64,000 nt of DNA from positions 1-64,000 of IMG/VR virus record IMGVR_UViG_3300032007_000003; one strand, written 5' to 3'. A program made the position numbers and the translations under genes. This document shows positions 38,191 to 48,723 of this stretch, piece by piece. The DNA is from a virus. Lineage: Duplodnaviria > Heunggongvirae > Uroviricota > Caudoviricetes. Position 1 is the first letter of the stretch. Each line of letters starts with the position of its first letter. The notes below the pieces were generated by a model. That model searched no databases. It saw nothing but the letters and a program-made list of their open reading frames with translations, and was not told the DNA's origin.

Positions 38191-38658
38191 ATGAAAATAT
38201 TCGTTAAGAAAGATAATAATTTAAAGCCACTTGGTGAGGGTAAAATCTATTCAAAGAGCCAATTAAGACTAAATGAAGATGGTTTCGATGCTAATTTGGG
38301 GATGGCTAATGGTATTCAGCAAGCTCAAATGAAAGCAAAACAGATGATGAGCAAGAATCCAACAATCAACTCAGCTTCTGCTGACGCTGGTAAGCTTGAT
38401 GGACAGAATGATACAACTGGAGGTGAAGGATTGAATCTTCAAGTGCCAGTTAATGCAACTGGAAGTCAACTTGCACAAGCACAGCGCATGGTTAAAGACC
38501 AATCTGCTGATGATGCACAGATTACGTTTACAAAACCACAATCACAAACTTCAATGAATGATGGTAATGGTTTGGGTGAATCAAGAATAATTGAAATGAG
38601 AAAGAACTCAATTCCATTTACAAAGAAAGAGTTAAGCAATTTCCTAAGTACCTTATAA
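38191..38658 (+). CDS. Late protein, putative internal head protein
   Basis: ATG at 38191 after late motif 38168; LRLNE and LGES sites. Confidence 0.7.
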   Translation: MKIFVKKDNNLKPLGEGKIYSKSQLRLNEDGFDANLGMANGIQQAQMKAKQMMSKNPTINSASADAGKLDGQNDTTGGEGLNLQVPVNATGSQLAQAQRMVKDQSADDAQITFTKPQSQTSMNDGNGLGESRIIEMRKNSIPFTKKELSNFLSTL

Positions 38659-40334
38659 TGAAGAAAATATATCTAAAAGAAGATACAATCGCTAATGTTT
38701 TGAATAAGAGACTTTTACCTCAATTCCTATTCAAAAGTGTTAAGGCGCATGAAACATCATTGGGGGACAATAGTATGTTCCCTAGTGGTGGTGACTACCC
38801 TTTTGACTATACTTTACTAAAGGTTAGATTCGGTGAGGTGTGTGATGCGATAGAGGAATTGGGATTGGAGAGTCTTGACGAAGATTATCTTATGAGTGAG
38901 TTAAGTAATTCCCTCAAGATGTGTAAGGACATGGAAACACCTATTAGAGATACACTTGAGAAGATTTGCGAGAATGCCGTTAATAGATTGTTTGCAATCC
39001 CAGAGGAAATGCTTAACTTGAAATGTAAACTTGTAGATAAAATAAAGTTCAAGAATGCAATAAGATTGAAACCAGAATCGGATGATAAAATTACATATAC
39101 ATTCGATGATGTATCAGACATTGAACTTTTTGATAAATCAGTAGAGAAAAGACGTTTTATTGATTCATTAATTCAAGGTGCTGCATATACCTATTCAAAG
39201 ATATTAGGGTTGTATGTAGAGGACATCGATAAGATTAACAGAGACCTCATACCATTATACATGAAGATTACTGCAATCAACGATTATCTCCTTTTTACAA
39301 AGAAAGAAGAAATGAGTGATGCGAAACCAATGCAAGGTTCGTATGTTGAAGTACATCTTGGTGGTGTCGGTGAGAAAACCACGATAAAGGCACAAGGTAT
39401 TATATTTCCATTATTGCTTCAAGAGACCATTAGAGGGTTATTTGAACTGTTCTCAGCGCATGGATTACCAAGTAATAAGGAGAAAGCAATGTTCGTTGTT
39501 AAAAAGGCTGATTTTGTCCTTGCAGAGCCTTGGGACTTGAGATTTGGTGTTACACTATGGAATAAGATATTTGGCGGTGTTGAAGATACCAATATGATAC
39601 CATATATGTTTACAAGTCTTATTAAACAGTCAAATGAAGAATTCAGCGCAAGCGTGAAGGAAATCCTTTCAAATACGAAAAAAGGAAATGAGATAATCGA
39701 CCAATTAATGAGTGATGCTGAATATGATAATGGTTATCAGCAATTTACCAATAGAATAAATGCAAAGAATATTGATAAATCATTGATTAAAGATTCTTAT
39801 TTCACTGGAGCTGAGACAAATGGATATGAGATTGATTCAGATGAATCAGAGGGTGATGTAATCGAGGAAAACGAAGATGCAGATACAATGGGACAATATG
39901 AGGCAGCACCTCAGAAGCCTATCGAATATTATCAGCAATTGGTACAGTCAGCAACCGTAGAGAACATTGATTTCCTTGAGGGTAATGTTAATGGTGTCAC
40001 TGAGGACTTGATTGTAACTATCAATGGTGAGATAATGCCAAGACAGATGATTCTCCTTATGGCACAGAGCGTTAAGATTAGAATCAGCCCAGATGAGAGA
40101 GTTCCAATGCTTCAGATACACATTATATTGAATGAAGGAATCCAACGTTTGGGATTAGCGCCAAAGATATATACAAAGCTTATCTATGAGTTCGGTGCAA
40201 TCTATAGCGGAGAGGGAAGAAGAATAAATAAGGAACATATAGCAAAGGTTTATGCGAAATTAGCTCAAGACCCAAATATTTATGTATATCATGATGATAT
40301 GTGCTATATGGCAATGCTAAGACAAAATAATTGA
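38658..40334 (+). CDS. Late protein with appended C-terminal GNAT-like domain
   Basis: MKKIYLKE leader; acidic linker VIEENED; IHIILNEGIQRLGLAPKIY motif A. Confidence 0.65.
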   Translation: MKKIYLKEDTIANVLNKRLLPQFLFKSVKAHETSLGDNSMFPSGGDYPFDYTLLKVRFGEVCDAIEELGLESLDEDYLMSELSNSLKMCKDMETPIRDTLEKICENAVNRLFAIPEEMLNLKCKLVDKIKFKNAIRLKPESDDKITYTFDDVSDIELFDKSVEKRRFIDSLIQGAAYTYSKILGLYVEDIDKINRDLIPLYMKITAINDYLLFTKKEEMSDAKPMQGSYVEVHLGGVGEKTTIKAQGIIFPLLLQETIRGLFELFSAHGLPSNKEKAMFVVKKADFVLAEPWDLRFGVTLWNKIFGGVEDTNMIPYMFTSLIKQSNEEFSASVKEILSNTKKGNEIIDQLMSDAEYDNGYQQFTNRINAKNIDKSLIKDSYFTGAETNGYEIDSDESEGDVIEENEDADTMGQYEAAPQKPIEYYQQLVQSATVENIDFLEGNVNGVTEDLIVTINGEIMPRQMILLMAQSVKIRISPDERVPMLQIHIILNEGIQRLGLAPKIYTKLIYEFGAIYSGEGRRINKEHIAKVYAKLAQDPNIYVYHDDMCYMAMLRQNN

Positions 40335-40382
40335 ATATCTTGTGATGTTTATTAGAAAAATAACGAATTAATACGTATTAAT

Positions 40383-40934
40383 ATGAATAAGAAAATAATA
40401 AGACTTACAGAATCAGACCTTCATAATATTGTGAAGGAATCTGTTAATAAAATCCTTTCTGAAATGGATTGGAAAACCTATGCAAATGCTGAAAAGAAAA
40501 TGCGTGGTGAACGTGGAGATGCAGACTATTGGAGGAATAAAGGAGTAAAAGGCTTTGATGCTATAAGAAAAGCAGCAAATGCAAGAGAACGTGCTAAAAA
40601 CTTTGGTGATGCTGCAAAAGATGCTTTCAATAGAGATTTTGGTTATCAGCAAGGAGAACATTATTATGATGACGATTATCAACGTGTTGGTATGGGTGGA
40701 GATTTTGGATATACAGATGAGTTTGCTCCACACGCTGCTGGTTGGAGACACGATGGTGTTGCAAGCTTAAAGCGATTCCCTCACGGTGTATATACAACAG
40801 AAAGAACACCAGAGGAATTCTTTGGAAATAATACCGATGCGGTTCAAGCCTATAATAAAGCAAAAGATGAAGTAGGAAATTATAAGAAAGGTAACTATGA
40901 TTACCAAAGTGGAAAAGGTTGGGTTAAGAAATAA
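40383..40934 (+). CDS. Putative internal head protein with IRLTESDL leader
   Basis: MNKKIIRLTESDLHNIVKESVNKILSE. Confidence 0.7.
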   Translation: MNKKIIRLTESDLHNIVKESVNKILSEMDWKTYANAEKKMRGERGDADYWRNKGVKGFDAIRKAANARERAKNFGDAAKDAFNRDFGYQQGEHYYDDDYQRVGMGGDFGYTDEFAPHAAGWRHDGVASLKRFPHGVYTTERTPEEFFGNNTDAVQAYNKAKDEVGNYKKGNYDYQSGKGWVKK

Positions 40935-41046
40935 TACATAAGAGCAATCACACTGTTGGTTGCTCTTTTTTTATTTACAAATATTTATAATTGAAATAAC
41001 TTTTCGGAATATTGTTATATTTATTTAAATTTATACTGTTACAATT

Positions 41047-42924
41047 ATGATTTACGATAGGCAAGAAATGAGTCGTGACTATGCCATGTGCTATGCCGAC
41101 AAATCAAGAATTACATTTATAGAAAAGTATTTTTCAACCTTTAATGCAACTAAGGGTAAGAAAACACAATTCCACTGTTTTCCACGTCAGAGGGCATTCC
41201 TCAAGGCTCTTGCGGAGAACAGAAACGTTGTTGCGATTAAACCAAGACAGTGTGGTATTACAACATTATCAAGCGCTTGGGCTGCTGCCCAGTGTGCATT
41301 TGCATCAGCAGAGGCACCTGAGACTGTGTTGTGTATTGCCAATAAGCTTGAGCAAGCGCAAGAAATTATCATCAAGGTAAGAGATTTCCTTGAGCAAGTT
41401 CCTAGATGGTATTGGGGTAACGAGTATTTCTCAGTTGACCCTAATTCAGAAAAAAACATTAAATCTATTTTTTTAAAGGATGCAAAAGGAGAATTAAAAT
41501 TGTTCAATGGTTGTAGAATCATTGCACGTGCATCTGGTCCTAATGCTTCTCGTGGTATCTCTGCTGTATCCGTCTTGATTCTTGACGAGGCAGCGTTTAT
41601 TGAGGAAGGTGTGGCTGCGTTTACCACTGCTGCTGCAACTATGGCATCTAACCCTAATTCTAAGACTGTTATGGTGTCTACCCCTAACGGTAGAGACGAG
41701 CTTTACTATAACACATATAGGCAAGCATTAAGCCATGAGAATAACTTTGTGGCTGTACAGTTCCGTTGGTATCAAGACCCAAGATTCAATAAGTATCTTG
41801 TGTGGAAGAAGAAAAATGAAGATACTGGTGAATGGGAGTTTGACCAAGACCCAATAATCGACAGTGAGGGAGGAGTGAAGTATGATGAGGAAAGGTGGGC
41901 TAGACTTGAACACAATGGTTGGAAGCCTACAGCACCTTGGTATGATGAAATGTGCAAGCAGTTCAACAATGACTCAATGAAGATTGCCCAAGAGCTTGAT
42001 GTATCGTTCATGGGTTCTGCTGACAACGTTGTTGCTCCAGAGTTCATTGAAATGCAAGAGAAGCTTAATACGAGAGAACCACTTGATGATTTCCATGACC
42101 CATTGGTTGAAGAGACTTGGTTCTGGAAGCGTCCAATGGAAGGACATCGTTATATTCTTGCATGTGACCCATCTAGAGGTGTGTCTGCCGATAGAACAGC
42201 TATTGAGATAATTGATATGGATGGTAGGGATGAGAATGGGCTACCGATTATCGAGCAAGTTGGAGAGTATGTTGGAAAGAAGTTGGGTGATGATATTGGA
42301 GCATTATGTTATCAATATGCAACAATGTATAATGATGCATTCATTGTCGTTGACTGTACTGGTGGTCAAGGAGATGCTGCCATATTAACACTTATAAACA
42401 TGGGTTATAAAAACATGTATTATGAGGATTCAAATCAAAAGACATATACAGTTCAGAGGTCAACAAAGAACTATGATGGATATACGGATAAGCTTCCAGG
42501 TTTCCACTTCCAAGGAAACCGTTATCCAGTACTTGCAAACTTCGCAGGTCTTGTTCGTAACAATGAGTTCAAAATTCGTTCAGCTAGGGTAATCAACGAG
42601 CTTGAGACTTGGATATTCAAGGGTGAGGCAGCTAGAATTGACCACCAAGACGGTGCTCATGACGATACGCTTACGGCATTGGCTATGGGATTGTTCGTTA
42701 TGCAGTACACTGTTAATAGGATACAAAATACCGCAAATAAGGATAAGGCTATTCTTAATGCGTATATGATGAATCGTGCAATCAGCATGAATAAACCAAA
42801 GATGAAGAGTGGAGAGACTATTGCGCCTAAGACTGGTTTACCTTTCTACAGTTCAAAGAAACGTATTGAGAAATATAGCAATATAGGTGGAAGTTGTATG
42901 TGGTTATTTGGAGGAGTTAAGTAA
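41047..42924 (+). CDS. terL: Terminase large subunit (gp17-like)
   Basis: KPRQCGITT, LILDEAAF, VSTPNG, AQELD..F, ACDPSRG, HDD. Confidence 0.95.
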   Translation: MIYDRQEMSRDYAMCYADKSRITFIEKYFSTFNATKGKKTQFHCFPRQRAFLKALAENRNVVAIKPRQCGITTLSSAWAAAQCAFASAEAPETVLCIANKLEQAQEIIIKVRDFLEQVPRWYWGNEYFSVDPNSEKNIKSIFLKDAKGELKLFNGCRIIARASGPNASRGISAVSVLILDEAAFIEEGVAAFTTAAATMASNPNSKTVMVSTPNGRDELYYNTYRQALSHENNFVAVQFRWYQDPRFNKYLVWKKKNEDTGEWEFDQDPIIDSEGGVKYDEERWARLEHNGWKPTAPWYDEMCKQFNNDSMKIAQELDVSFMGSADNVVAPEFIEMQEKLNTREPLDDFHDPLVEETWFWKRPMEGHRYILACDPSRGVSADRTAIEIIDMDGRDENGLPIIEQVGEYVGKKLGDDIGALCYQYATMYNDAFIVVDCTGGQGDAAILTLINMGYKNMYYEDSNQKTYTVQRSTKNYDGYTDKLPGFHFQGNRYPVLANFAGLVRNNEFKIRSARVINELETWIFKGEAARIDHQDGAHDDTLTALAMGLFVMQYTVNRIQNTANKDKAILNAYMMNRAISMNKPKMKSGETIAPKTGLPFYSSKKRIEKYSNIGGSCMWLFGGVK

Positions 42925-42972
42925 AGTAACAAATATTTATATTTATAAATAAATTTATTATTTTTTATAAAA

Positions 42973-45015
42973 ATGGCAAAAAAGAATACAGTTTTTCAAG
43001 CCCTAGATAAAGCTATAACTGGACGTTGGACTTCTCCATCTACATCAATAGCAGAGCCACATATTAATTCATATGATTTGACTCCTAGTGATGGTAAGAG
43101 TGTAATATATAGGACAACAGATAGGGATGACTATTTACAGAAGAAACTAGAGCTTCAGCAAGATAAGTACTTGAAGGATAGATGGGTTAAGACTAATGTT
43201 AACTTGGCTGTAACCGCATATAGTGGTTTGAACAATGTCAAGTTAATGTATCGTGATGGTGACTTAATGGATGCATTTCCAGAGATTAGTGCAGCACTTG
43301 ATATTGTTTCTGAGGAAAGTACGATTGTTAATGACAAGGGAATGGTTGTTAATGTTTACTCAAAGTCAGATAGAATCAAGAGTATTCTTGAAGACTTGTT
43401 TGTAAATAGGCTTAACATTCAATTAACTGGTCAGATGATTATCCGTGCTATGTGTAAGTATGGTAATCAATTTATGCTATTGGATATTGACCATAAGAAT
43501 GGTGTTAAGGGTTGGAAACAGCTTCCAGTATTCAATATGGAGAGAATTGAGAATGGGGTTCAAAATCCTTATGGTGCTGGTTCATCAATCGCTGTTAACG
43601 GTGTAACAAAGGATGATGCAGACCTATCAACTCAATTTATTTGGTTGGATGATAATAATTCACAAGTACCATTCAGAGATTGGCAGATTGCTCATTTTAG
43701 ATTGCTCACAAACTCATTGTATTTACCTTATGGCGTGAGTTACCTTAATGGCGCACGTAGGCATTGGAGGATGCTTTCATTAATGGAAGATATGATGCTT
43801 ATCTATCGTCTTGAACGTTCAGTTGAAAGACGTGTGTATAAGATTTTCGTTGGAGCTATTGATGATGCTGATGTTGAAGCATATGTAGAGAGAATTGCCA
43901 ATGAGTTTAAGAGAACACCGATTATTGACCCAGTAACTGGTCAAGTTGACCTTCGTAAGAATATTCTTGGAATTGATAATGATATATTTATTCCAGTACG
44001 TGATGAGAATGCACCAACTCCAATTGATACGCTTTCAGCAGGTCAGAACATGACAGCTCTTGATGATATCAAGTTTGTGCAGAATAAGGTGTTGACCTCA
44101 CTTAGAATACCTAAGTCATTCTTGAACTTCGAGGATGGCGTTGGTGATGGTAAGAACCTTGCACTTATGGATATTCGTTTCACTAGAACAGTAAACAGAA
44201 TACAGCAAGCATTCTTGATGGAACTTACAAAGGTGGCTTCAATACACTTGTTCTTGTTAGGTTTCAATGATGAGTTGACCAATTTCTCATTGACGATGAA
44301 TAATCCATCAACACAAGCTGAAGGATTGGAGATTGAGAATATGCAGAAGAAGATTGATGCTGTTAGAGATGCAGTATCAGACCCAGGTAATGGTCTTCCA
44401 GTTATGTCACAAACTCGTGCTCTTAAGCAGATTATGAAATGGTCTGAAAAGGAGATTAAGGAGAACCTTGAAGAGATACGTCTTGAGAAGGGTATTGCTG
44501 CTGAACTTGAGAAAACCACACAGATTATCAAGAAGACTGGTATCTTCGATACCGTTGATAGAATCTATGGTGAACCAGGAGCAGAATACATGGATGATAT
44601 GCAAGGCGGTCAAGGTGGCATGGACGCTGGTGGAGGCGCAAGCGGTGGAATGGGAGCGCCACCACCTCCAATGGGAGACGCACCTGACATGGGTGGAGAT
44701 ATGGGAGCGCCAATGGATGATGGTAGTGGAATGGCACCAGCCCAAGAGGGTTCAATGCCAACAGCCGATATGGGAAGTGACCCAAATGCGCCAATGGAGT
44801 CTAGATATTCAAACAAGCCACTGATAAATGAGCAGAAGAACAATAAGCTTGATGAAATGTTTAATAAATATCTTTCAACTTTGAAAGAGCGCAATGAGAA
44901 ACATAGGGAAACTGAATACAAGCGTGCAGATGTTTATGATGAGGATTCATTGCTAATTAATGAAGAATTTGATAAGATGATTGATGAACTTGGTAAGTTT
45001 GTTGATAACGAATAA
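42973..45015 (+). CDS. Portal protein (gp20-like)
   Basis: PEISAALDIV.EE, PYG.SYL, LMEDMMLIYRL.R..ERRVY, IDTL; follows terL. Confidence 0.93.
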   Translation: MAKKNTVFQALDKAITGRWTSPSTSIAEPHINSYDLTPSDGKSVIYRTTDRDDYLQKKLELQQDKYLKDRWVKTNVNLAVTAYSGLNNVKLMYRDGDLMDAFPEISAALDIVSEESTIVNDKGMVVNVYSKSDRIKSILEDLFVNRLNIQLTGQMIIRAMCKYGNQFMLLDIDHKNGVKGWKQLPVFNMERIENGVQNPYGAGSSIAVNGVTKDDADLSTQFIWLDDNNSQVPFRDWQIAHFRLLTNSLYLPYGVSYLNGARRHWRMLSLMEDMMLIYRLERSVERRVYKIFVGAIDDADVEAYVERIANEFKRTPIIDPVTGQVDLRKNILGIDNDIFIPVRDENAPTPIDTLSAGQNMTALDDIKFVQNKVLTSLRIPKSFLNFEDGVGDGKNLALMDIRFTRTVNRIQQAFLMELTKVASIHLFLLGFNDELTNFSLTMNNPSTQAEGLEIENMQKKIDAVRDAVSDPGNGLPVMSQTRALKQIMKWSEKEIKENLEEIRLEKGIAAELEKTTQIIKKTGIFDTVDRIYGEPGAEYMDDMQGGQGGMDAGGGASGGMGAPPPPMGDAPDMGGDMGAPMDDGSGMAPAQEGSMPTADMGSDPNAPMESRYSNKPLINEQKNNKLDEMFNKYLSTLKERNEKHRETEYKRADVYDEDSLLINEEFDKMIDELGKFVDNE

Positions 45016-45084
45016 GATAAAGGCGTGGCAATAACTGTCACGCTTTTTCTGTTAAACATGATATTTATAAGAAATAATGTTTGA

Positions 45085-47382
45085 ATGAAAAATAAAAGAA
45101 TACTAGAGTATTTTGAGGGCAATCCAGATACTGTATACGATACAACTAATCAAGTTACTTGGAAGTGGGATAATGAAATGTCAATATCTTTCGGATATTT
45201 CCCTATTTCATTGGACAACGAGTATCTCTTTATGACTGGTTCAACAACCCATCTTATGATTGGAGCGCAAGCAGCAAAGAAATTGATGGGAAAGGCAATC
45301 AGTCATATAAAGGATACCTATATTCCTTGGATTGAGAGACAGTGTTATGGAAAGTCATATTGTCGTGGAAGGATATGGACATTTGATACTGATAAGTATC
45401 CTAGCATCATGGCATTTTGGTATTTGCCAAGTTCTAGAATGCTTAGAAAGATTGTAAATGAACTTAATATAGACCCATACAACTATATATTGGTAGTGGA
45501 AGACTCCCAGAATGCATTTGAGGAAAATCCAACAGTAGCCGAATACATAGAGTCAAATAGTAATGGTGATGATGGATTTGATGAAATCAACGAGCCATTT
45601 GCCATTGACAAGAGGGTTATTGAGATTATAAGAAGCTATAACGATACCCAAAAAAATTGGCAGACTCAGAAGGAAAAGGAAGGTTGGAAGTCACTTGCTC
45701 AGAGAAATGCGACATTGTATCAAGAGAACAGACAAAGGGTAGATGAGTATTATGAAGGAGACCCAGATACGATTGATGAGTTTGATGATAATGATGGTGG
45801 GCTTATAAAAAGTATAAACTATAGAGATAAGAATGTAATATCATTTGGATTTTTTCAAACATCATTAGATGGTGGAAAGGAATTCATATATAAGTTAGAT
45901 ATTTGCCATCATGATATTTGTAAAGATATTGCAAACAAAATCATAGGAAAGGCAATGGCTTCAGAAGACATTGAGGACTATGAGGTGAAAGAGGTTGCTT
46001 CATCAATATATTCCGCAGCAGCATATAAGGGACGTATTTTCTTGGATGCAAATATAATTACAACATGGTCTAGAGTATCTTCAGCAACACTTCAAGAATT
46101 GCTTAATTTAATGGGTGGTGTTGAAAAGTGGAAACATCTAAGTTATATAGTTCCAAGATGGTATGATAGTATCACTTGGGAAACAGATGAAATATCACAG
46201 AAAAACATCAATGTACTTGAATATATATCCAAAGGTATAGATGCGGATGAAAGTAGGGATAAAAAGCAAATGGAAAGAGACTTTAAGCCATTGGTTGATG
46301 AATGGATTATTGACACTATAAGGGAATATAATAGACCAAATTCAACATTGGCAGCAAAGACTGCAAAGTTGGGTAACATGACGATTGCGCAATACAATTC
46401 ATTAATACATCAGGAAGAGAAAGAACCTAAACAAACTATAAAAGAAAATAATATAAATATGAAAGATAATAAGTATCAAGACTATATTAACATAATGTCT
46501 GAGGCATTACAGAAGGATGACTTCAAGGCATACGAATATGTTAAAGAAATTCTAGATGAAGCTATTGAAGAGAGCAAGCATGATAAAGAGCTTATGAACG
46601 AAATGAATACAACCAATTTCGGTGTGTTGAACCATATCTTCGAGAATGAGCTTCCAACTCTCATCAAGACAAACAAAAAAGCTGTAAGGAATGTCATTAA
46701 GACCATTAAGGAGGATAAGAACCTTATCAACCAGTTCAACTTCTACAATGTCATCAAGGAGCAGTACAATGGAAGTCATGCTGACATGATTTCATCTAAG
46801 GAAGCTCTTGAGAACCTTGCAAAGATTGTTGGTGAGAACATTGACCTCAAGACCGTAAAGGCTTCAAACAAGAAGTTAAGAAACGTGATGATTGAGAGTG
46901 GTGTTAAACCAAGTAACTTTGTTGATGAGGAATCAAGAAAGCTTTATGAAAATGGTGATGTAATCCTCACATCAAAGAGAAATACAAATAACATGATTTC
47001 TCTTGTTGAGAGTTATGATGCTGTTTGCAAATGGATGGATGCACACAAATCAGATAAGGTTAAGGATGGAAAAAATCCAGATGAAATGATTAGAGAATTT
47101 GAGGAGAAACTAAAAGATAACCTTAATGAATCTGAAATATCATTCGTACAACAGATAACTGATTTCAGAACACCAATTGCAGAGCAGAGAAAAGAAAAAC
47201 TATTTAATAAGTTCAAGAATGAATGCATCAGTAAGATTAATGAAATGTTGAAGGAGGATGCAGAAAATGTTGAACTTAAGGGATTGAGTGACCAGATTAA
47301 TGAAATGTCTTTTAATAAGGAAACCATTGTTAAGGACATCGCAAAGTTACTTGAGATAAGAGATATTTTGATGGATGATTAA
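45085..47382 (+). CDS. Fusion: two tandem N-terminal repeats + helical head-assembly-region domain (from Met at 46459)
   Basis: YFEGNPDT..ISFGYF..RGRIW vs YYEGDPDT..ISFGFF..KGRIF; late motif at 45061. Confidence 0.7.
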   Translation: MKNKRILEYFEGNPDTVYDTTNQVTWKWDNEMSISFGYFPISLDNEYLFMTGSTTHLMIGAQAAKKLMGKAISHIKDTYIPWIERQCYGKSYCRGRIWTFDTDKYPSIMAFWYLPSSRMLRKIVNELNIDPYNYILVVEDSQNAFEENPTVAEYIESNSNGDDGFDEINEPFAIDKRVIEIIRSYNDTQKNWQTQKEKEGWKSLAQRNATLYQENRQRVDEYYEGDPDTIDEFDDNDGGLIKSINYRDKNVISFGFFQTSLDGGKEFIYKLDICHHDICKDIANKIIGKAMASEDIEDYEVKEVASSIYSAAAYKGRIFLDANIITTWSRVSSATLQELLNLMGGVEKWKHLSYIVPRWYDSITWETDEISQKNINVLEYISKGIDADESRDKKQMERDFKPLVDEWIIDTIREYNRPNSTLAAKTAKLGNMTIAQYNSLIHQEEKEPKQTIKENNINMKDNKYQDYINIMSEALQKDDFKAYEYVKEILDEAIEESKHDKELMNEMNTTNFGVLNHIFENELPTLIKTNKKAVRNVIKTIKEDKNLINQFNFYNVIKEQYNGSHADMISSKEALENLAKIVGENIDLKTVKASNKKLRNVMIESGVKPSNFVDEESRKLYENGDVILTSKRNTNNMISLVESYDAVCKWMDAHKSDKVKDGKNPDEMIREFEEKLKDNLNESEISFVQQITDFRTPIAEQRKEKLFNKFKNECISKINEMLKEDAENVELKGLSDQINEMSFNKETIVKDIAKLLEIRDILMDD

Positions 47383-47482
47383 AGATTACAAATGCAGTCA
47401 GAAATGGCTGCATTTTTTTGTGTTTCCCTCTTGATTTTTACGAAAATTTTTGTTATATTTTAAAAAGAAAAATATAGCATAA

Positions 47483-47917
47483 ATGAAAAGATTAAATAAA
47501 GAATATAAGTTAGATGTGTGCAATCATATTTCATTAAAATATGGTACGGTAAATAGAAATAACCCACAAGTTGTATATGTAAGTGGAAAGTGTTGGGTAT
47601 CCCCACAAAGAGATATGGATTACGGTAATGTTATTGATAATATAGAAAAAACGATGAGGAAGAATATAAAGTCTTTTTTAATTGATGAAATAAATTTTGA
47701 TAATCGTTTTATATTGGACTTTGATATTAATATAGATGGTCTTGTACCAAGAGAGAAGAAATTCCTTTCCTTTGATTTCTATTTGCGTCAAAATGAAAAT
47801 AATAAGAAGAAGTTGTCAGAGTTAAATGATTTATTTAAGAGAAAGGTTAGTACAATTGCCAATAATCTAGTATATTCTTTTAAGGAAAATGATTTTACAA
47901 TAAATAAGAAGAAATAA
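47483..47917 (+). CDS. Hypothetical protein
   Basis: 144 aa ORF in the head module. Confidence 0.7.
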   Translation: MKRLNKEYKLDVCNHISLKYGTVNRNNPQVVYVSGKCWVSPQRDMDYGNVIDNIEKTMRKNIKSFLIDEINFDNRFILDFDINIDGLVPREKKFLSFDFYLRQNENNKKKLSELNDLFKRKVSTIANNLVYSFKENDFTINKKK

Positions 47918-47952
47918 ACTCTCAAGAATATTTATTATAAAAATTAGGTATC

Positions 47953-48282
47953 ATGAAGAAGGTAATAAGACTAACAGAATCAGAATTAAAAGCAATTGTT
48001 GAAAATTCTGTAAAAAGAATATTAAGAGAAGACGTGTTGGGAAATGATTGGCGTGAGAACGACAACGTATTGAATAACTATGAACCATTCGAGGGTGAGG
48101 AACATTCTACACCATTTGACGGTATGACGAATGACCATGACTTTGGTATAACTGGTGAACCACTTGACCAAACTCATGATGATATTAATCAAGATGATAT
48201 TGTGAATGGTGATGAAGATGAATGGGCACAAGATAGAATTGACCTTATGGCAAACTATGATGATTTTCCACCAATGGGATAA
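47953..48282 (+). CDS. Acidic putative internal head protein with IRLTESEL leader
   Basis: MKKVIRLTESELKAIVENSVKRILRE; late motif at 47928. Confidence 0.7.
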   Translation: MKKVIRLTESELKAIVENSVKRILREDVLGNDWRENDNVLNNYEPFEGEEHSTPFDGMTNDHDFGITGEPLDQTHDDINQDDIVNGDEDEWAQDRIDLMANYDDFPPMG

Positions 48283-48324
48283 AAAAATAAGCGAGACTAG
48301 GTTTAGCCTCGCTTTTTTTTATTT

Positions 48325-48723
48325 TTAGATGTTCTTAATTCTTACTGTAAAGCTCTTGATGTATGTGTTTCTTACACAAACGAATTCTATATTATCTTTC
48401 ACTGGTGCATAAGCTTTAATTCTCTCCATGAAGGTTTCTCTATCTTTTGATGTATAATCACTCATAGGATAGCAGATATACTCTGTATAACGCCCCATAT
48501 CCTTTGAATTCATATGTCTCCATCCGCATTCCCTTTCAGCCCTTAATAGAGCTTCAATAGCTCTACCATTTGCAGATGAACGATATTCATCAACTTGGTC
48601 TTGGTTAAAAAATAGGTCAGTTTGTCCGTTTGGATAAACACCAATCTCGTTTATAATTCTAGTAACTGATTCATTTATCAAACCATGCAAATCGCTTTCG
48701 GTTAATCTAATAACTTTCTTCAT
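48325..48723 (-). CDS. Putative internal head protein with IRLTESDL leader
   Basis: MKKVIRLTESDLHGLINESVTRIINE. Confidence 0.7.
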   Translation of the reverse strand: MKKVIRLTESDLHGLINESVTRIINEIGVYPNGQTDLFFNQDQVDEYRSSANGRAIEALLRAERECGWRHMNSKDMGRYTEYICYPMSDYTSKDRETFMERIKAYAPVKDNIEFVCVRNTYIKSFTVRIKNI

